Part shown: piece by piece, positions 32,590 to 42,596 of the stretch
Layout of the letters: every line of letters starts with the position of its first letter
Position numbering within the stretch: position 1 is the stretch's first letter
Assembly (NCBI GenBank): GCA_963547765.1
Contig: CAUUSJ010000001.1
Coordinates: 10,507-74,506 of the forward strand
Source of the DNA: an uncultured Streptococcus sp.
Lineage (GTDB): Bacteria; Bacillota; Bacilli; Lactobacillales; Streptococcaceae
DNA length: 64,000 bases
Direction: 5' to 3'
Made by a program: the position numbers and the translations under genes
Notes under the pieces: model-generated
What the model was told of the DNA's origin: nothing
Databases searched by the model: none
What the model saw: the letters and a program-made list of their open reading frames with translations, nothing else

Positions 32590-32801
32590 CTCTTCAGGAC
32601 AAGCTGCCGTATAAGATGCAGGGATATAATTTATAAAACAAAACTTAATGTATGATATGAGCAAGAATTGACTACTGAATCATTTCTTGCTTTTTTGATA
32701 GTGAGACCTTGAATACCCTAGCACTTGTCAAGTCTGCTCTTTTCGAGTATGATAAAGACAGTTAAAATTTTGAAATTTGGCTTTCAGAGAAAGGATTTTT
32801 T

Positions 32802-33665
32802 ATGACAGAAAAATTGCTAGCTTATAAACGTATGCCAGTGTGGACAGCTGAGACTATGCCCGAACTGGTAAAGAACAAGCACAATACCAAGGAAGGAACT
32901 TGGGGCAAAATCACTGTTCTCAAGGGACGCCTTAAGTTTGTCGAGATGTCAGAGGAAGGTGAGGAGCTAGCTGAGCACATCTTTGAAGCTGGTCAGGACA
33001 ATCCTTTTGCCCAGCCCCAAGCTTGGCATCGGGTCGAAGCCTTGACGGATGACCTAGAGTGGTATTTGGAGTTTTACTGTCGGCCTGAGGATTACTTCCC
33101 CAAGAAATACGGCAGCAATCCAGTGCACTCAGAGGTTTTGGAAGCCATGCAGACGGTCCGACCAGGACGGGCCTTAGATCTAGGCTGTGGTCAAGGCCGC
33201 AATGCTCTCTTTCTAGCTAAGCAGGGCTTTGAAGTAACGGCCTTAGATCAGAATGAGCTGGCCTTGGAGATCCTACGTAGCATTGTCGAGCAGGAAGATT
33301 TGGATCTGCCAGTGGGTACCTACGATATCAACTCAGCTAGTCTGACTCAGACTTATAATTTGATCGTTTCCACCGTTGTTCTGATGTTCCTGCAGGCAGA
33401 GCGGATTCCAGATATTATCCGCAATATGCAAGAACATACAGCGCTTGGTGGCTATAATCTCATCGTCTGTGCTATGGATACAGAGGATTTCCCTTGCTCT
33501 GTTCCCTTTCCTTTTACTTTTAAGGAAGGTGAGCTTGCCGAGTATTACAAGGACTGGGAGCTGGTCAAGTACAATGAAAATCCTGGTCACCTCCATCGCC
33601 GTGATGAAAATGGCAATCGAATTCAACTGCGCTTTGCGACGATGTTAGCTAAAAAAGTGAGATAA
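32802..33665 (+). CDS. tehB: SAM-dependent methyltransferase TehB with N-terminal DUF1971 cupin
   Basis: HNTKEGTWG, LDLGCGQGRN, FATMLA. Confidence 0.92.
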   Translation: MTEKLLAYKRMPVWTAETMPELVKNKHNTKEGTWGKITVLKGRLKFVEMSEEGEELAEHIFEAGQDNPFAQPQAWHRVEALTDDLEWYLEFYCRPEDYFPKKYGSNPVHSEVLEAMQTVRPGRALDLGCGQGRNALFLAKQGFEVTALDQNELALEILRSIVEQEDLDLPVGTYDINSASLTQTYNLIVSTVVLMFLQAERIPDIIRNMQEHTALGGYNLIVCAMDTEDFPCSVPFPFTFKEGELAEYYKDWELVKYNENPGHLHRRDENGNRIQLRFATMLAKKVR

Positions 33666-33864
33666 ATCCTTTAAAGCTCAGGTCGGATCTGCTACAATCT
33701 CTAGTGAATTGCTTATAAAGATTTTATAGCAGGATGTTTTCTGATAAGACAAAAAATAATAGCCTTTCCTCTAAATAAGATGAGGCTATTTTTTAGTTTA
33801 TTTGCTCTGATTTGAGAAAAAAGTAGAGGAAATATAGATTAGATAAAAAATATACACAATTTTG

Positions 33865-33878
33865 TGTAAACGCTTGCA
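33865..33878 (+). promoter_or_regulatory. cre (CcpA) site upstream of the C69 peptidase
   Basis: TGTAAACGCTTGCA overlapping a TTGCAA -35. Confidence 0.65.
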
Positions 33879-33989
33879 AAAAATTTAGAAAGAGAGTATA
33901 CTAAAATAGGAATGTTAAGGTATTACGGTTTATGTTGTTTAGACTGGGAGTTGATTCCAGCCCCGCAGATAGTCAAAAGGAGATAGACT

Positions 33990-35696
33990 ATGAAGAAAAT
34001 ACTGCTCAGACTAATGTTCCTTGCAATGTTAGTTGCTCTTTTGCCTGTTCATGTGGCACAAGCGTGTTCTGCTTTTATTGTCGGTAAAGACCTGACAGCA
34101 GATGGCTCTACTCTATTTGGTCGGACAGAGGACTATCCATACGCCCCTGACGGTGGTCGGCACAATCAAAACTATGTAGTTGTGCCAGCTAAGACCTATA
34201 AAGATGGCGATAAGATAGAAGATGAGTCAAATGGCTTTACCTATCCGCATTTGGCGAATGAAATGAAATACACAGCTGTCTACGACTCTGATCGTGACAA
34301 CGGAAGTAACGGAAACTTTGCTGCGCATGGCTTTAATGAACTTGGTGTAGCTATGACAGCGACCGTTTCAGCAACACCAAACGATAAAGTGTTAAAAGAA
34401 GACCCACTTGTAAAAGATGGTCTTCCAGAAGCATCATTAGTTGACCTTGCTTTGCCTCGTGCAAAAACAGCACGTGAGGTTATTGAGACAGTTGCGAAAG
34501 TTCTGGATGAAAAAGGATCAGCAGAAGGAAATATCATTGTTGCAGCAGATAAGAATGAGCTGTGGTACATGGAAATCCTGTCTGGTCACCAATACGTAGC
34601 CATCAAGTTCCCAACGAATAAGTATGCTGTCTTTGCGAACACTTACTATCTTGGTCACGTTGACTTGAATGATAAGGAAAATGTCATTGCTTCTAAAGAT
34701 GTGGAAGAAGTAGCTAAAAAAGCAGACAACTATAAGACCGACAAAGATGGCAACTTTATGATTGCTAAGTCTTATGGACCAGATAAATATATGGAACGTA
34801 ACCGTTCTCGGACCTACGCAGGTATCAAGTGGATGGATCCACAAGCAAAAGTAAATTATGACGATGAAGCTTTTGATCTCTTGCGCGAACCAACTGATCC
34901 AAATAAGAAATACACAGTTCATGATGTGATCGCTGAACAAAGAAATCGTTTTGAACACTTGCCAGAATATAAAGCGGATGACTTAGTTGAAGTCGGTAAG
35001 AAGATCGATGGCAATGTCTACAAATATGCGCTAGGTAACGAAAACGTAATCGACGCCCACGTTTATCAAATCAAACCAAACCTACCAAATGCCTTTGGCG
35101 GTGTTATGTGGCTGGGTCTGGCACAAAGTCGCAACACACCATATGTGCCATTCTATGGTAATGTAGAAGATACTTACGAAGCTTTCAAGAACCGTTCTAC
35201 TAAATATGACGGAAAATCTTGGTATTGGACTGTTTGGCATATTGACCAAATGGTTATGAAATATCCAGAAATCTTTGGTAACAGCATCCAAGAAAAATGG
35301 AAAGAAAAAGAAGTTGAATGGGATAAAGAACAAACCGAACGCGACGCCAAATATGCAAACTACACAGATGAACAAGCCAAAGCCGCTGGACCAGAAGTGA
35401 CGAAGGAAGCCTTGGAACGCTCAGAAAAAATCTTTAAGGAAATCAAAGCAGTCGAAGCAGAGATGGAAGAAAAGATTAAGAAGGAAAAAGGTAAAGATGC
35501 TGATCTTGTCTATACAGGCTATAACAAAGCAAACCTTCTAGCAGAAGCAGAAAAAGGAAAATCAGCGGACAAAGCTAGCGATACGAAGAAAGATAGCTCC
35601 AGTCAAACTACTTGGATTGTCATCGGCGTATTGGTTGTTCTAGTTGCTGGATTCTTCGGATACAAACAATTTAATAAGAAGAAGGAGGAAGAATAA
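33990..35696 (+). CDS. Surface C69-family dipeptidase/aminopeptidase
   Basis: Signal peptide AQA followed by CSAFIVGK, DGSTLFGRTED, YVPFY; C-terminal TM helix. Confidence 0.9.
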   Translation: MKKILLRLMFLAMLVALLPVHVAQACSAFIVGKDLTADGSTLFGRTEDYPYAPDGGRHNQNYVVVPAKTYKDGDKIEDESNGFTYPHLANEMKYTAVYDSDRDNGSNGNFAAHGFNELGVAMTATVSATPNDKVLKEDPLVKDGLPEASLVDLALPRAKTAREVIETVAKVLDEKGSAEGNIIVAADKNELWYMEILSGHQYVAIKFPTNKYAVFANTYYLGHVDLNDKENVIASKDVEEVAKKADNYKTDKDGNFMIAKSYGPDKYMERNRSRTYAGIKWMDPQAKVNYDDEAFDLLREPTDPNKKYTVHDVIAEQRNRFEHLPEYKADDLVEVGKKIDGNVYKYALGNENVIDAHVYQIKPNLPNAFGGVMWLGLAQSRNTPYVPFYGNVEDTYEAFKNRSTKYDGKSWYWTVWHIDQMVMKYPEIFGNSIQEKWKEKEVEWDKEQTERDAKYANYTDEQAKAAGPEVTKEALERSEKIFKEIKAVEAEMEEKIKKEKGKDADLVYTGYNKANLLAEAEKGKSADKASDTKKDSSSQTTWIVIGVLVVLVAGFFGYKQFNKKKEEE

Positions 35697-35904
35697 ATTT
35701 TGAAAGAAAAGCTAGAAGTTTAAGACTTCTGGCTTTTTTCCTTTCTCAGATAATAAATCTATATCCTAAAATACTTAGTAAGGAGATGAGGATAGAAGAT
35801 TAGAATTGTCAAAAAACTAGGCTCCATCTTGCTTTTAGCGGTAAATTGCTATAAAATAGATAGGGTTAAACATCAATACTTTTATATTGCAAATAGGAGA
35901 AAAG

Positions 35905-37191
35905 ATGACAAAAAAATTAAAACGTCCAGAGGTGCTTTCACCAGCTGGTACGTTAGAAAAGTTAAAAGTAGCTGTTCGCTATGGGGCAGATGCTGTTTTT
36001 ATTGGTGGTCAAGCCTATGGTTTGCGCAGCCGTGCGGGGAACTTCACTTTTGAGCAAATGGAAGAAGGTGTCCAATTTGCGGCTGAGCATGGTGCCAAGG
36101 TCTATGTAGCGGCTAATATGGTCATGCACGAAGGAAACGAAGCAGGTGCTGGAGAATGGTTCCGTCGTTTGCGAGATATTGGGATTGCGGCTGTTATTGT
36201 TTCTGACCCAGCCTTGATTGCGATTGCAGCTTCTGAAGCACCTGGTCTGGAGATTCACTTGTCGACTCAGGCTAGTGCAACTAACTATGAAACGCTTGAG
36301 TTTTGGAAAAATCTTGGTTTGACTCGGGTTGTTTTGGCACGTGAGGTTTCCATGGCTGAGCTGGCCGAGATTCGCAAGCGTACCGATGTAGAAATCGAAG
36401 CCTTCGTTCATGGAGCTATGTGTATTTCTTACTCTGGGCGTTGTACCCTTTCCAATCATATGAGTATGCGTGATGCCAACCGAGGCGGTTGTTCGCAATC
36501 TTGTCGCTGGAAATACGATTTGTACGACATGCCTTTCGGACAAGAACGCAAGAGTTTGAAGGGTGAAATTCCAGAAGAATTCTCTATGTCAGCTGTTGAT
36601 ATGTCCATGATTGATCATATTCCTGATATGATTGAAAATGGTGTTGATAGTTTGAAAATCGAAGGTCGGATGAAATCCATTCACTACGTTTCTACAGTGA
36701 CCAACTGCTACAAAGCAGCCGTGGATGCTTATTTGGAAAGTCCAGAAAAGTTTGAAGCTATTAAGCAAGATCTAGTAGATGAAATGTGGAAAGTAGCTCA
36801 ACGTGAGCTGGCAACTGGCTTTTACTACCATACGCCAACTGAGAATGAGCAGCTTTTTGGAGCCCGCCGTAAGATTCCAGAATACAAGTTTGTAGCTGAA
36901 GTGGTTGCTTATGATGAGGCTACACAAACTGCGACCATTCGCCAGCGGAATGTTATCCATGAAGGCGATCAAGTGGAATTCTATGGACCTGGTTTCCGCC
37001 ATTTTGAAACCTACATTACTGACCTCCATGATGAAAAAGGGAATAAGATTGATCGTGCGCCAAATCCAATGGAATTACTGACGATTACAGTTCCGCAGCC
37101 AGTCCAACCTGGTGATATGGTCCGTGCCCGCAAGGAAGGTTTAATCAATTTGTATAAAGAGGATGGCACTAGTGTAACTGTTCGGGCTTAA
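35905..37191 (+). CDS. Peptidase U32 family protein (TrhP/YegQ-like tRNA hydroxylation)
   Basis: EAFVHGAMCISYSGRC, CSQSCRW, LKIEGRMK. Confidence 0.9.
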   Translation: MTKKLKRPEVLSPAGTLEKLKVAVRYGADAVFIGGQAYGLRSRAGNFTFEQMEEGVQFAAEHGAKVYVAANMVMHEGNEAGAGEWFRRLRDIGIAAVIVSDPALIAIAASEAPGLEIHLSTQASATNYETLEFWKNLGLTRVVLAREVSMAELAEIRKRTDVEIEAFVHGAMCISYSGRCTLSNHMSMRDANRGGCSQSCRWKYDLYDMPFGQERKSLKGEIPEEFSMSAVDMSMIDHIPDMIENGVDSLKIEGRMKSIHYVSTVTNCYKAAVDAYLESPEKFEAIKQDLVDEMWKVAQRELATGFYYHTPTENEQLFGARRKIPEYKFVAEVVAYDEATQTATIRQRNVIHEGDQVEFYGPGFRHFETYITDLHDEKGNKIDRAPNPMELLTITVPQPVQPGDMVRARKEGLINLYKEDGTSVTVRA

Positions 37192-37336
37192 TCAGGCGCG
37201 AAAGTTGGAGAATTGTGCTTATCAAGTAGATATCGCCTACATGGTGGATACGAATAGATAGTGGAAGACCTTATTCTAAAAATTCAGCCATTGGCTTTAA
37301 AAATAAAACTCTTCAAATCGCTTTTGATTTGAAGAG

Positions 37337-37678
37337 TTATTTTTTGAATTTGTGGCTTTCGAGCCGAATATCTTTTTTCTGAGCTTCACGGATGTTATTG
37401 GGAACTAGACTGATGCGATGGATATCAGGTACTCGGATGATGGTCGTCATGCTTTTTTTGAAATTTTTGACAATCAACTGTTGGCGGTCACGGTCATATT
37501 TGACAATATCTCCGGTAAAATTTTTATCCAGAAAAATAACATGGACACCAGAATTTTTCCGAAGAGCCAAGTCAATCGTATGTAGGATATGACTTTTGTC
37601 GTCCTCTTCCCTATCCGTCTTTTTATAGTTAATAAACTCATTCGTCTTTTGTAAAATCATTTCGAGATATTTTTTCAT
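37337..37678 (-). CDS. Hypothetical protein
   Basis: 113-aa ORF with GGAG RBS and downstream hairpin. Confidence 0.7.
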   Translation of the reverse strand: MKKYLEMILQKTNEFINYKKTDREEDDKSHILHTIDLALRKNSGVHVIFLDKNFTGDIVKYDRDRQQLIVKNFKKSMTTIIRVPDIHRISLVPNNIREAQKKDIRLESHKFKK

Positions 37679-37744
37679 AGCTAAAATCTCCATAACTTGT
37701 TACAATATATTATATAATAAAATAATTAAAAAAGTAAAATCTTT

Positions 37745-37752
37745 TACGAATA
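37745..37752 (+). promoter_or_regulatory. Probable ComX cin-box upstream of the YdbC gene
   Basis: TACGAATA 30 nt before the ATG; upstream T-tract weak. Confidence 0.55.
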
Positions 37753-37782
37753 ATGAGATAGAAAGTAGAAAAGAGGTAAAGT

Positions 37783-37998
37783 ATGGCAGATTTTAAATTT
37801 GAAATCGAGGAAAAATTGCTCGTTTTATCGGAAAATGAAAAAGGCTGGACCAAGGAGCTCAACCGCGTAAGTTTTAACGGTGCGCCTGCCAAGTACGATA
37901 TTCGCACTTGGAGTCCTGACCACAGCAAGATGGGCAAGGGCATCACCCTTTCTAATGAAGAATTTCAAGTTCTTTTAGATGCATTTAAAAACGGGTAG
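37783..37998 (+). CDS. YdbC/PC4-like ssDNA-binding protein
   Basis: GWTKELNRVSFNG, KYDIRTW, KMGKGITL. Confidence 0.88.
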   Translation: MADFKFEIEEKLLVLSENEKGWTKELNRVSFNGAPAKYDIRTWSPDHSKMGKGITLSNEEFQVLLDAFKNG

Positions 37999-38007
37999 AC
38001 TGAAAGT

Positions 38008-38562
38008 CTATCCGTTTTTATTGTCTGAAAAATAGGGATGAAAAGCTAGGCTTCTAAATAAAGGAATGCTGATGAGAGTAATTGCTACAATTTTTAAAAG
38101 ATCAGGAAGAATGAAAGGTGTAACACCAACAGCAATGGCTTTAGAAAATTCCATATTAGCTAGAAAATGAAGTCCGATTACGCCACCGACGAAGACCAGT
38201 GTATCTCCGATCAGATTAGCCAAAAGGATCGTGTAAAACTTGCTATCCTTGCTTGTCAGACTGGAAGTTACCAGCGCAAAGAGTAGATAGGCCCAAAGAT
38301 AGCCTGCGCTTGGACCAAAGAGAGCCTGAAATCCACCGCTTCCTCCGGCAAAGACTGGCAGGCCAATAGCTCCGAGCAGTAGATAGAGCAGAACAGACAA
38401 GACCGCTTCACGAGGCTTAAAAATGGTCGCAATCAAACCGACAGCAAAGGTCTGTAGCGTAATGGGAATGGTCCCAATGGAGAAACTAAGCTGGGAGAGT
38501 ACAGCTAGGAAAGCAGCGCCAATAGCTGGGAGGGCAAGAAGAAAAGCTTTGTTCTTGTTCAT
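38008..38562 (-). CDS. bioY: Biotin ECF S component BioY
   Basis: IPITLQT, YLLLGAIGLPVFAG, GPSAGYL. Confidence 0.92.
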   Translation of the reverse strand: MNKNKAFLLALPAIGAAFLAVLSQLSFSIGTIPITLQTFAVGLIATIFKPREAVLSVLLYLLLGAIGLPVFAGGSGGFQALFGPSAGYLWAYLLFALVTSSLTSKDSKFYTILLANLIGDTLVFVGGVIGLHFLANMEFSKAIAVGVTPFILPDLLKIVAITLISIPLFRSLAFHPYFSDNKNG

Positions 38563-38655
38563 GATAGTAAACCTCTTTTTTAAATTACGGTAACTATTCT
38601 AAATCAAAATAAAAAAAAGTCAAGTCTTTTCATATCAGACTAGACAGTTGTTTGT

Positions 38656-38766
38656 TTATTTCCGCTTTTTGCGGCTCCGAATGAGGAGGAAGATAAAGGC
38701 GATTAAACCAAAAATATTAAAGAAAATAATTCCTAGAGCTGCTAATAATTTTTTCGTTTTGCTCAT
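38656..38766 (-). CDS. 36-aa single-pass membrane peptide, below the ORF-track cutoff
   Basis: MSKTKKLLAALGIIFFNIFGLIAFIFLLIRSRKKRK; AAAGGGGA RBS; TG-A-TATGAT promoter at 38807-38799. Confidence 0.7.
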   Translation of the reverse strand: MSKTKKLLAALGIIFFNIFGLIAFIFLLIRSRKKRK

Positions 38767-39199
38767 TTCCAATCCCCTTTCTTTTAGTATTTCTTACTAT
38801 CATATCAAAAATATGGTTTCTTGAATAGCAGAAAGGGTAAAAGGTGGTTGGGAAGTCATGAATATTTCAAGAAAATAGGATTATCTTGACAATTTATAAG
38901 CTTGTCCAGAAGAAGTGAGCCAACTAAATAAAAAAGAGGAAGATCCATTAAATAAATCTTCCTCAATTTTAGAAATAATTTAGAATTTCTTGAATGATAA
39001 TTGAATTTTGTGCTTTAAAATAAAGAAAGAAGTCAAAGAATAAAGCCAGATAGTGTGTCTAGCTCTATCTAAATGGCATAAGACTTCTTTCTTACAAAAA
39101 TGTAAGATAAAAATTAAAAATGAAAGGATAAGTTATGGTTGCCCTTTATTCTTTATTTTATGATAATAATGAGCTTTAGAAAGGCGAAAGAAGAAACTT

Positions 39200-40549
39200 T
39201 TAGCGCATGGTGACAAATTCTTCGGAGCCAGTTGGGTGGATGGCAACAGTCGCGTCGAAGTCGGCTTTGGTAGCTCCCATCTTAATAGCAACAGCGAAGC
39301 CTTGGATCATCTCATCTACGCCATAGCCAATGCCGTGGAGACCGACAACTTTTTCATCGTGACCCGCAGTGATAAGCTTGAAGCGAGCCTGCTGGCGGTG
39401 ATGGGTGACAGCTGAGTACATAGAGGTAAAGCTAGAGGTGTAGACATGAACTTGCTCAGCGCCATAATCTCGAATAGCTTCTTCCTCCGTCAGCCCTACT
39501 GTGCCAATAGCTGGATGGGAGAAGACGACAGTTGGAATAGTGGAGTAATCCATCTTGGCATCTGTCTTGCCGTTAAAGAGGCGCTCAGACAGGGTGCGGC
39601 CGGCCTTGATTGCTACTGGCGTCAGCTCTTTTTCGCCCGTCACATCGCCTAAGGCATAGATGCCAGGTACGACAGTATTTTGGTATTCATCCACAGTGAT
39701 GAAGCCACGGTCATTTAGGGTAACTCCTGCAGCATCAAGATTGAGCCCTTGGACATTTGGCTTGCGGCCAATAGCCCAGATGATCCGCTCAGCAATATGG
39801 CTACTGCCGTCTTGGAAGTAGAGTTGTAGTTGGCCATCGGCTAGTCTTTCCACTCGTTCGGGTATCTTGTGAGCATGAAGACTAGGACCAGATTTTTCCA
39901 TTTCAGCCACCAATCCGTCAATCAGATAGCTATCGAAATTGCGGAGAGGACGGTCGCGACGGACAAAGAGATCCGTCTTGACACCTAGAGTATGGAGGAC
40001 ACCAGCAAGCTCCACTGCGATATAGCCTGCTCCGACGACAGCAACAGACTTGGGTAGCTCTTCCCAAGCAAAGACATCATCAGAAGTCTCACCGTATTCG
40101 GCACCAGGAATCTGAGGAATGGCTGCATGTGCACCTGTTGCGATAACGATGTGTTTGGCGCGAATCAATTCTCCATTGACTTCGACTGTATGCTTGTCAA
40201 CGAAATGAGCGCGACCTTCGATCAGTTCAACGCCGTTGCGTTTGAAGCTGCCATCATAGGATGAGCGAGCACGGTCAATGTAGGCTTCCCGATTCCTTCG
40301 TAAAGTAGCAAAGTCAAAGTGCTGATTTTCTGAAGTAAAGCCATAGTCTGGTCCATAGTGTCGGATGGCCTCGGCAATCTGAGCACCGTACCACATGATT
40401 TTTTTAGGGACACAACCGACATTGACACAGGTTCCCCCTAATTTCTTTTCTTCAATGACAGCTGCTTTAGCGCCATGCTCACCAGCACGATTCATGGTAG
40501 CAATACCCCCGCTACCCCCGCCAATTGCAATAATATCGAATTCTTTCAT
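39200..40549 (-). CDS. gor: Glutathione-disulfide reductase
   Basis: [28 protein letters not shown]. Confidence 0.96.
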   Translation of the reverse strand: MKEFDIIAIGGGSGGIATMNRAGEHGAKAAVIEEKKLGGTCVNVGCVPKKIMWYGAQIAEAIRHYGPDYGFTSENQHFDFATLRRNREAYIDRARSSYDGSFKRNGVELIEGRAHFVDKHTVEVNGELIRAKHIVIATGAHAAIPQIPGAEYGETSDDVFAWEELPKSVAVVGAGYIAVELAGVLHTLGVKTDLFVRRDRPLRNFDSYLIDGLVAEMEKSGPSLHAHKIPERVERLADGQLQLYFQDGSSHIAERIIWAIGRKPNVQGLNLDAAGVTLNDRGFITVDEYQNTVVPGIYALGDVTGEKELTPVAIKAGRTLSERLFNGKTDAKMDYSTIPTVVFSHPAIGTVGLTEEEAIRDYGAEQVHVYTSSFTSMYSAVTHHRQQARFKLITAGHDEKVVGLHGIGYGVDEMIQGFAVAIKMGATKADFDATVAIHPTGSEEFVTMR

Positions 40550-40762
40550 AGTTAGATAGAAGCTCCTTTAATCAATATGAAGTAATTGTACCTTTTTTAG
40601 AAAATGAATGCAAAAATCTGCTATGATTTGGAGATCCTGCAGCGTTTTTAGAGGAAAAATGGTCTTTTAGGGATTTTGTCCCTTTTCCTATCACAATATG
40701 TTAGGCTTATGATATAATGTAGTATAAAAGAAAAATGGTTTTCATCAAGAGGAGGAAAAAAG

Positions 40763-41914
40763 ATGAAAAAGCTGAAAAAATGGCAGCTATTTAGTATTAT
40801 CGGAGTTGCTGTTGTAGTTGTATTGGGAGCAATTTCTGCAATAGTCCTGAGCAATCTTAGTTCTACAACAGAACCTAAGGAAGTTGCACCAATTGTGCAG
40901 CAGGCAAAAGAAGGTAGCATAGCCTCATCTGTCCTGTTGACGGGGACCGTAACGGCTAACTCAGAGCAATATGTTTATTATGATGCTACCAAGGGCGACT
41001 TGGAGTCGGTCCTAGTCAATGTTGGCGACCAAGTAGCTGTAGGACAAGCACTTGTTCAATATAAGAGCACAGAAGCTCAAGCAAACTATGATGCAGCAGT
41101 TCGTGCTGTTAATAAGGCTGATCGTCAGATTAATGACTTACAGACTAATGGGGCGACAGTAGAAAAAACTGGCGATGAAGAGACGGATAGTAAGTCCCTT
41201 GCTTCTGCTCAACGTACCGTCGATTCTCAACTGGCTGATTTGCGCGATGCACGTTCAGACGCTGTGGACAATATGAACAAGGCGCAAGCATTGTTGAATG
41301 CAGCGACTGTTACAAGCACTGTTGAGGGAACAGTAGTAGAAGTAAATCGCGATGTATCCAAATCAACAACAGGAACCAACCAAACCTTGGTGCATATTGT
41401 CAGCAACGGTAGCCTTCAAATCAAGGGAGAACTCTCTGAGTACAATCTGGCTAATTTATCAGTTGGACAAGAAGTAACCATTACCTCAAAAGTGTATCCA
41501 GATAAAAAATGGACAGGTAAAATTAGCTATATTTCCAACTATCCTAAGGATGGACAGCAAGCTTCATCAACCAATACAGGTGGCGCAGCTTCCTCTGCAA
41601 AATATCCATTTACAGTCGATATTACAAGTGAAATTGGTGATTTGAAGCAAGGTTTCTCTGTCAGCGTTGAAGTGAAAAACAATACAAAAGGGATTCTTGT
41701 ACCAGCAAGCAGTATTATCTCAGACGGAGACAAGAACTACGTTTGGACTGTCGAAAAAGGTAAAGCGAAGAAAGTGGAAGTAACCTTAGGGAATGCTGAT
41801 GCTGAAAATCAAGAAATCTCATCTGGTTTGACAAAAGACAGTAAAGTTATCACCAATCCAACAGATAGCTTGAAAGATGGTCAAGAGGTGAAAGCGGATG
41901 AAAAAACTCATTGA
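40763..41914 (+). CDS. MacA-like membrane fusion/adaptor protein
   Basis: N-terminal TM, lipoyl-like halves around a helical hairpin. Confidence 0.88.
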   Translation: MKKLKKWQLFSIIGVAVVVVLGAISAIVLSNLSSTTEPKEVAPIVQQAKEGSIASSVLLTGTVTANSEQYVYYDATKGDLESVLVNVGDQVAVGQALVQYKSTEAQANYDAAVRAVNKADRQINDLQTNGATVEKTGDEETDSKSLASAQRTVDSQLADLRDARSDAVDNMNKAQALLNAATVTSTVEGTVVEVNRDVSKSTTGTNQTLVHIVSNGSLQIKGELSEYNLANLSVGQEVTITSKVYPDKKWTGKISYISNYPKDGQQASSTNTGGAASSAKYPFTVDITSEIGDLKQGFSVSVEVKNNTKGILVPASSIISDGDKNYVWTVEKGKAKKVEVTLGNADAENQEISSGLTKDSKVITNPTDSLKDGQEVKADEKTH

Positions 41915-42596
41915 TCTACGAAATATTAACAAAACCTATCGGAATGGTGATCAAGAACTTAAAGTCTTAAAAAATATCAATTTGACAGTTGAAGAGGGTG
42001 AGTTTGTGGCTATCATGGGGCCGTCTGGTTCTGGGAAGTCCACCCTGATGAATATTATCGGGATGTTGGATCGTCCGTCTACTGGCGAGTATTTTTTAGA
42101 AAATGAAGATGTTGCAAACTTAGGTGATAAGAAATTAGCCAAGGTTCGAAATAATCAAATCGGCTTCGTTTTTCAGCAATTTTTCCTCTTGTCTAAATTA
42201 AACGCACTTCAAAATGTAGAACTCCCTTTGATTTATGCGGGGGTGTCACAAGGAAGTCGAAAAAATTTAGCTAAGCAGTATTTAGAAAAAGTAGATTTGG
42301 GCACTCGTATGACTCACTTGCCGTCAGAGTTGTCTGGGGGACAGAAGCAACGTGTTGCCATTGCGCGTGCCTTGGTAAACAATCCTTCGATTATTCTTGC
42401 CGACGAGCCGACAGGAGCCCTTGATACCAAAACTGGGGAGCAAATTATGGAACTCTTGACGGAGTTGAACGCTGAAGGAAAAACGATTATCATGGTTACT
42501 CACGAACCTGAGATTGCTGCCTATGCTAAGCGTCAGATTGTCATTCGTGATGGAGTCATCTCTTCAGATAGCGCTGAGAAGGAGGAACGTGATTAA
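41898..42596 (+). CDS. MacB/LolD-type ABC ATPase
   Basis: [27 protein letters not shown]. Confidence 0.93.
   Translation: MKKLIDLRNINKTYRNGDQELKVLKNINLTVEEGEFVAIMGPSGSGKSTLMNIIGMLDRPSTGEYFLENEDVANLGDKKLAKVRNNQIGFVFQQFFLLSKLNALQNVELPLIYAGVSQGSRKNLAKQYLEKVDLGTRMTHLPSELSGGQKQRVAIARALVNNPSIILADEPTGALDTKTGEQIMELLTELNAEGKTIIMVTHEPEIAAYAKRQIVIRDGVISSDSAEKEERD

Noticed and set aside
30192..32800. tmRNA (ssrA) after smpB
   Set aside because: No GGGG...CCACCA tRNA-like ends or tag-peptide frame seen
37249..37256. Third TACGAATA (ComX box-like)
   Set aside because: No T-rich upstream tract and no sense gene downstream; likely chance
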